NCBI GenBank assembly: GCA_035308185.1
Contig: DATGHG010000502.1
Coordinates: forward strand, 1-62,996
Direction of reading: 5' to 3'
DNA from: Thermoanaerobaculia bacterium
Lineage (GTDB): Bacteria; Acidobacteriota; Thermoanaerobaculia; Multivoradales; UBA5704
Length of the DNA: 62,996 nucleotides
Below the pieces are notes generated by a model that saw nothing but the letters and a program-made list of their open reading frames with translations, was not told where the DNA came from and ran no database searches. The translations under genes were made by a program, and so were the position numbers. Of the stretch, positions 57,201-62,996 are shown piece by piece. Each line of letters opens with the position of its first letter. Positions within the stretch are counted from its first letter, which is position 1.

Positions 57201-58919
57201 TCAGCCGGCGGGCTGGCCCAGCTCGTCGGCGAGGACGCCGGCGAGGCGGGCGGCCAGGGATTCGACGGTTTCCTGGTCGGGACCTTCGATCATCACCCTG
57301 GCGAGGGGCTCGGTACCGCTGTAGCGCAGCACCAGGCGGCCGTCGGCGCCGAGCTCGCTTTCGACCGCGCGGGCGGCGGCTGCCACCCGCGGCAGGGTGG
57401 CGAGGTCCGGCTTGCGGGCCACGCGGACGTTGACCAGGATCTGCGGATAGCGGCGGAAGCCGGCGAGCAGCTCGGAGAGCGGGCGGCCGGCGTCGCGAAC
57501 CATGACGGCGGTCTGCACCGCGGTGAGCAGGCCGTCGCCGGTGACGGCGAGGTCGAGCCGCACGATGTGGCCTGACTGCTCGCCGCCGACCAGGATGCCG
57601 TCGCGGCGCATGGTCTCGACCACCAGGCGGTCGCCGACCCCGCAGCGCACCACCGCGATGCCGTGGCGCGCGAGCGCCCGCTCGAGGCCCAGATTGCTCA
57701 TCGAGGTGGCGACGATCGCCGGCGGCACGAGGCGTCCTGCCGCCAGCAGCCGCGTCGCCCATAGATAGAGAATGGCATCGCCGTCCCGCACCTCGCCGCG
57801 CTCGTCGGCGAGGACGCAGCGATCGGCGTCACCGTCGAAGGCCGCGCCGAGGTGGGCGCCGGCGGCGACGACCGCCGCCGCCATCCCGGCAGGGGCGGTC
57901 GAGCCGCATCCCAGGTTGACGTTGCGGCCGTCCGGCGTGGTGCAAAGCACGACGACCTCGGCGCCGAGGCGTCCGAAAAGCTCGCCGGCGTAAGCCGAGG
58001 CGGCGCCGTTGCCGGCGTCGAGCACCACGCGCAGGCCGGCGAGCGGCGGCTGAGCGCCTGGCGCCGGTATGGTCGCCGGCGCCGCCGGCGTGACAAGGCC
58101 GGCGCTGGCGGCGCCGACCGTGGCCGCAAGGTGCTCGAGGTAGCGCTCCCGCAGGCCGGTCTCGGGGGCGAGGGGAGGCGGCGGAGGCGGCGGGATCGGT
58201 GGGGCGAGGGGAAACGGCGGGATCGGCGAGGACTCGGCCGGCCCCGATGCCAGCAAGCCCAGCGGGAACGGCAGGGACGCGGCCGGCCGCGATGCCAGCG
58301 GAGCCGGCGGCAGCGGCGGAGCCTTGGCTGGCGCTGATGCCGGCGGCGCCAGCGGCGCCCGTGGCACCGGCAGCGGCGAGGCGGTTTCGCCGCTGCCGGC
58401 GGCGGGGCCGGTCGTCGCGGTGGCCTCAACCCTCGCTTCGCTGGCGCGCAGGCGCTCCTCCAGCGCCGCCTCGGCTTCGTCGCTCCATTTGCGGCCCTGC
58501 CCGTCGAGCAGCTTGATACCGTTGTCGGGGTAGGGATTGTGGCTCGCCGACACCACCACGCCGGCCGCCGCACCCAACTCGCGGGCGAGGAAGGAGATGC
58601 CGGGGGTGGGGATGACGCCGGCGTAGCGAACGGCCGCGCCGCCGGCGGTCAGGCCGGCGGCCAGCCAGCCGCAGATCTCCGCGGTGCTCTCGCGGGTGTC
58701 GCCGCCCAGCACGACCTGCGGCCGCGGTCCGGTAGCGGCAGCAGGTCCGGCAGCGGCAGCAGGTCCGGCAGCGGCGGCCCGCGCCTGGTCCTCCACGAGT
58801 CCCGCCGCCAGCTCTCGGGCGAGCAGGGTCACCGTGTTGCGGTCGAGCGGCGGCTCGCCGGCGCGTGCGCGGATGCCGTCGGTGCCGAACAGCCGCTCCG
58901 CGGCGGCGGCGGCGCTCAG
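57201..58919 (-). CDS. glmM: Phosphoglucosamine mutase with large Pro/Ala-rich insertions; start codon unresolved
   Basis: LFGTDGIRA, SASHNPYPDNGIK, GDGDADR, GGEQSGH, RYSGTEP. The only in-frame candidate just upstream of LFGTDG is a CTG at 58917-58919, which overlaps the cdaR TGA. Confidence 0.85.
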   Translation of the reverse strand: MSAAAAAERLFGTDGIRARAGEPPLDRNTVTLLARELAAGLVEDQARAAAAGPAAAAGPAAATGPRPQVVLGGDTRESTAEICGWLAAGLTAGGAAVRYAGVIPTPGISFLARELGAAAGVVVSASHNPYPDNGIKLLDGQGRKWSDEAEAALEERLRASEARVEATATTGPAAGSGETASPLPVPRAPLAPPASAPAKAPPLPPAPLASRPAASLPFPLGLLASGPAESSPIPPFPLAPPIPPPPPPPLAPETGLRERYLEHLAATVGAASAGLVTPAAPATIPAPGAQPPLAGLRVVLDAGNGAASAYAGELFGRLGAEVVVLCTTPDGRNVNLGCGSTAPAGMAAAVVAAGAHLGAAFDGDADRCVLADERGEVRDGDAILYLWATRLLAAGRLVPPAIVATSMSNLGLERALARHGIAVVRCGVGDRLVVETMRRDGILVGGEQSGHIVRLDLAVTGDGLLTAVQTAVMVRDAGRPLSELLAGFRRYPQILVNVRVARKPDLATLPRVAAAARAVESELGADGRLVLRYSGTEPLARVMIEGPDQETVESLAARLAGVLADELGQPAG

Positions 58920-59614
58920 CCGTGCCTCCCGCGGCCGCGGCGCGCCGGATGCACCGGCGGCGCCTCCACCTGCGGGGGCGTCAACATCACGTGCACCAAC
59001 ACCTTGAACGGCTGCACCACCTGGATCAACGGGTCGGGCGACACCACCGGCACCTGCACCTCGAAGGCGATGGCGTGGCCGTCGAGGCTGATCGGCTGGG
59101 TGGAGAGGGTACCGGCCTTGGCAATGCGCGAGGCAGGGCCGGAAACCAGCACCTGGTTGGGGAGCACCTCCGGCTCCTCGAGCGTGGCGCCGCCGGCAGG
59201 CTCGCCGGTCAGCTTGGGCACCACCGGCAGGCGCTGCGTGACCTCTTTCTCGAGCTCTGCCCGGATGAGCGGCGGCTCGATCGAGACCAGCTCGAGGTTC
59301 TCCGGCATCAACACGTTCTCGGGCCCCAGGTTGACCGTCCAGGACCCTTCCCGGTATTGCGACAGGTCCACCTGGACGTCCACCTGGAAGGGGCTGACGC
59401 GGCGCACCGCCTTGCTGCTGCCGCGCAGCCTGACGTTGACCGTCTGCACCGGGTCGAGGACCATGTAGCCGCGCGGCCGGTTGTAGCTGACCGCGGCTTC
59501 GATCAGGCGCTCCGAGGGCGCCTCGCGCGCTTCGAACGAGAGGTTGAACCACAGCCCGATGGCGATGCCGAGCGCCAGCACCCGCAACCCCCAGGTCTGC
59601 GTCGCGGCGTTCAT
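58916..59614 (-). CDS. cdaR: YbbR-domain protein (CdaA regulator)
   Basis: N-terminal TM helix LRVLALGIAIGLWF, followed by YbbR-like repeats. Lies between cdaA and glmM. Confidence 0.8.
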   Translation of the reverse strand: MNAATQTWGLRVLALGIAIGLWFNLSFEAREAPSERLIEAAVSYNRPRGYMVLDPVQTVNVRLRGSSKAVRRVSPFQVDVQVDLSQYREGSWTVNLGPENVLMPENLELVSIEPPLIRAELEKEVTQRLPVVPKLTGEPAGGATLEEPEVLPNQVLVSGPASRIAKAGTLSTQPISLDGHAIAFEVQVPVVSPDPLIQVVQPFKVLVHVMLTPPQVEAPPVHPARRGRGRHG

Positions 59615-60441
59615 CGCGCGCTGGCCCGCGGTCCCGGCGATCCCTGCGGCCCCGGCGGCCCCGGCGGATACAGGTCGGTGATCAGGTGCTCGTACAGCGC
59701 ATTGCGCAGCGTCTTGCCGTCGAGCTCGCGCACGATCCTGCCGTCGCAGGCCACCGAGATGATCCCGGTCTCCTCGGAGATCACCACCGCCACGGCGTCG
59801 GTCTCCTCGCTGATGCCGAGTGCGGCGCGATGGCGGGTGCCGAGGTCTTTCGCCAGACCCGGATTCGAGGACAGCGGCAGGAAGCAGGCGGCGGCGGCGA
59901 TGCGGTCCTCCTGCACGATCACCGCGCCGTCGTGGAGCGGAGTGTCGGGAGTGAAGACGTTGATCAGCAGGTCGAAGGAGAGCAGCGCATCGACGGCGAT
60001 GCCGTTCTCGACGTAGGTGCGGAGCCCCTGCAGGCGCTCGATGACGATGAGGCCGCCGACCCGCCGCGACGAGAGAGTGGTGGCGGCGAGCACGATGTCG
60101 CCGAATCCCGACGCCGCCTGCTGCTGCTTGGAAAGACCCCAGAGCGGGTTGCGGCCGAAGTTGGCGAGCGCGTGGCGCACCTCCTGCTGGAACAGCACGA
60201 TGATGGCGAACGGCAAGGCGATCAGCAGGCTTTCGAGGATGGTCTGCAGGGTCACCAGCTCGGCCCAGCGGGCGAGGTAGTAGACCAGGCCGACGAACAC
60301 GATGCCCAGCAGCACCTGCACCGCACGCGTGCCGCGGATCAGCAGCAGCAGGTTGTAGATCACCACCGCCACCGCCAGGATGTCGACGGCGTCGTGCCAG
60401 TTGAGCAGCACGAAGAACTGCGTCCAGCCGGTCCAGCTCAT
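59611..60441 (-). CDS. cdaA: Membrane diadenylate cyclase (DisA_N/DAC domain)
   Basis: Three N-terminal TM helices. PLHDGAVIV, ACFLPLS, LGTRHRAALGISEETDAVAVVISEETG. Confidence 0.92.
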   Translation of the reverse strand: MSWTGWTQFFVLLNWHDAVDILAVAVVIYNLLLLIRGTRAVQVLLGIVFVGLVYYLARWAELVTLQTILESLLIALPFAIIVLFQQEVRHALANFGRNPLWGLSKQQQAASGFGDIVLAATTLSSRRVGGLIVIERLQGLRTYVENGIAVDALLSFDLLINVFTPDTPLHDGAVIVQEDRIAAAACFLPLSSNPGLAKDLGTRHRAALGISEETDAVAVVISEETGIISVACDGRIVRELDGKTLRNALYEHLITDLYPPGPPGPQGSPGPRASAR

Positions 60442-61304
60442 GAGCCGGCCCCGGCGGCCCCGGTCAACGCGGCAGCTTCACCGGTCTCCGTGGCCTCCGC
60501 CAGGGCTCGCCAGGCGGCCAGGAAATGGATGGACTCGGGGACGTCGTGGACGCGCACGATGGCGGCACCGCCGGCCGCGGCCCAGGCCAGCGCCGCCAGG
60601 CTGCCGGCGAGGCGGGGATGCCAGCCGGCTGGCGCCGCCGCGCCATCGGCGAAGGCGGCGAGGAAGCTCTTGCGGCTCGCGCCCACCAGCAGCGGCCTGC
60701 CGAGCGCGGCGAAGTGCGGCAGGCGCCGCAGTAAGATGAGATTCTGCGCGGCGGTCTTGCCGAAACCCAGCCCGGGGTCGAGGATCAGCTGCTCTTGCTC
60801 GACGCCGGCCGCCGCCGCTCGCTGCATCGCGAGCTCGAGCTCGCCGCGGACCTCGCCCAGCAGGTCGCGAAAGGCGATGCCGCGCTGCATCGTTCCCAGC
60901 TCGCCGCGGCTGTGCATCAGCACCAGCGGGCAGCCCGCCGCGGCGACCGCGTCGCCCAGCGCCGGATCGCCCAGCGCGCTGACGTCGTTGATCAGGTCGG
61001 CGCCGGCGGCGAGCGCCGCGCGGGCGACCTCGCCCTTGCGCGTGTCGACCGACAGCGGCGCCGCGGTGGCGCGGCGGAGCGGCCGCAGCACCGGCAGCAG
61101 CCGCTCGAGCTCCTCGGCGGCCGGGACCGGGCGCGCGCCGGCGCCGTAGACGCCGCCGCCCGGCCGGGTCGATTCGGCGCCGAGGTCCACCAGGTCGGCG
61201 CCGCTCTCGAGCATTGCCAGGGCATGATCGACGGCGCGGCTCGGATCGTTCCAGAGGCCGCCGTCGCTGAAGGAGTCAGGGGTGAGATTGAGGATCCCCA
61301 TCAC
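60438..61304 (-). CDS. folP: Dihydropteroate synthase
   Basis: VMGILNLTPDSFSDGG, DLVDLGAESTRPG, SVDTRK, INDVSA, LILDPGLGFGK. GTG start: an in-frame TAG lies at 61434-61436 with no ATG/GTG/TTG between it and the start. Confidence 0.9.
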   Translation of the reverse strand: MMGILNLTPDSFSDGGLWNDPSRAVDHALAMLESGADLVDLGAESTRPGGGVYGAGARPVPAAEELERLLPVLRPLRRATAAPLSVDTRKGEVARAALAAGADLINDVSALGDPALGDAVAAAGCPLVLMHSRGELGTMQRGIAFRDLLGEVRGELELAMQRAAAAGVEQEQLILDPGLGFGKTAAQNLILLRRLPHFAALGRPLLVGASRKSFLAAFADGAAAPAGWHPRLAGSLAALAWAAAGGAAIVRVHDVPESIHFLAAWRALAEATETGEAAALTGAAGAGS

Positions 61305-61550
61305 CAGCGGCCGCTGCGGGAGGGGCAGGCGGCGCCCCGCCGGCAGCCGCAGGGTCCAGCGCGCCGAGGTCGGGGTGGTGGTGGCGGTTCCAGGCAGGCG
61401 GGCGGTCTCCGTGAAAGCCAGCGCCAGGCTAGTCTATCGCGGGCGCCCGCATCGGGGTCCCCTTCCTGGCGGCTTGACGCGACGGCGGCGCAACGCCGCC
61501 CCCGCCGTCGAGGGCAAGACGGGCACCAGCGGTTCAGCTGAGACGGGACA

Positions 61551-62996
<1,446 letters not shown>

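Noticed and set aside
58920-59552. The upstream extension of the glmM ORF to ATG 59552.
   Set aside because: It would overlap the whole YbbR/cdaR gene in another frame, and its translation is low-complexity. The GlmM homology starts at LFGTDG.
61305-61436. A longer N-terminus for FolP (upstream in-frame ..WTLRLPAGRRLPLPQRPL looks like typical pre-barrel sequence).
   Set aside because: An in-frame TAG lies at 61434-61436, and there is no ATG, GTG or TTG between it and GTG 61304. Short FolP N-termini exist in other bacteria, so GTG 61304 is retained. CTG initiation cannot be excluded.

Overview
This is a very G+C-rich bacterial chromosomal window. It is probably from a Gram-negative, LPS-bearing lineage, because a complete L-Ara4N lipid A modification locus is present; phylum is not determinable from sequence alone. 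Coding is dense, and most long six-frame ORFs are off-frame or antisense shadows. I kept one frame per locus, chosen by family motifs, G/C third-position bias and RBS/start context.

Gene content, in order:
- A CapA-like, PEP-swivel and metallophosphoesterase-GAF-like cluster.
- An EgtD-like methyltransferase beside an OpuC-type betaine ABC importer.
- A hydrolase-OsmC fusion, pcnB and sdhCAB.
- Two back-to-back toxin-antitoxin modules (RHH/PIN and MntA/HepT).
- A disulfide-reductase/TVP38 pair and glnA with a sigma-54 promoter.
- arnB, arnC, a split arnA and arnD.
- A visibly AT-richer insertion, then convergent arnT.
- An O-antigen-ligase-like gene and another polytopic membrane gene.
- lodA/lodB-like quinoprotein oxidase genes, a DUF4301-like gene, rfbBC and uppP.
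- An ECF sigma module and a hybrid histidine kinase.
- A DUF3494 ice-binding-like protein with an IPTL-CTERM tail.
- recD2, an NtrC-family activator and pdxJ.
- The ftsH-folP-cdaA-cdaR-glmM block.

The best candidate for a new system is the AT-richer insertion at about 28988-33170. It holds a tightly coupled pair: a small TIR-domain protein and an 829-aa protein. The larger protein combines a ParA/MinD-like ATPase (KGGTGR-type deviant P-loop), one transmembrane helix and seven WD40-like blades. Next to this pair lie a permuted arnT-derived scar and a vapBC cassette bracketed by 28-bp perfect direct repeats.

No tRNA, rRNA, CRISPR array, integrase or transposase was recognised.
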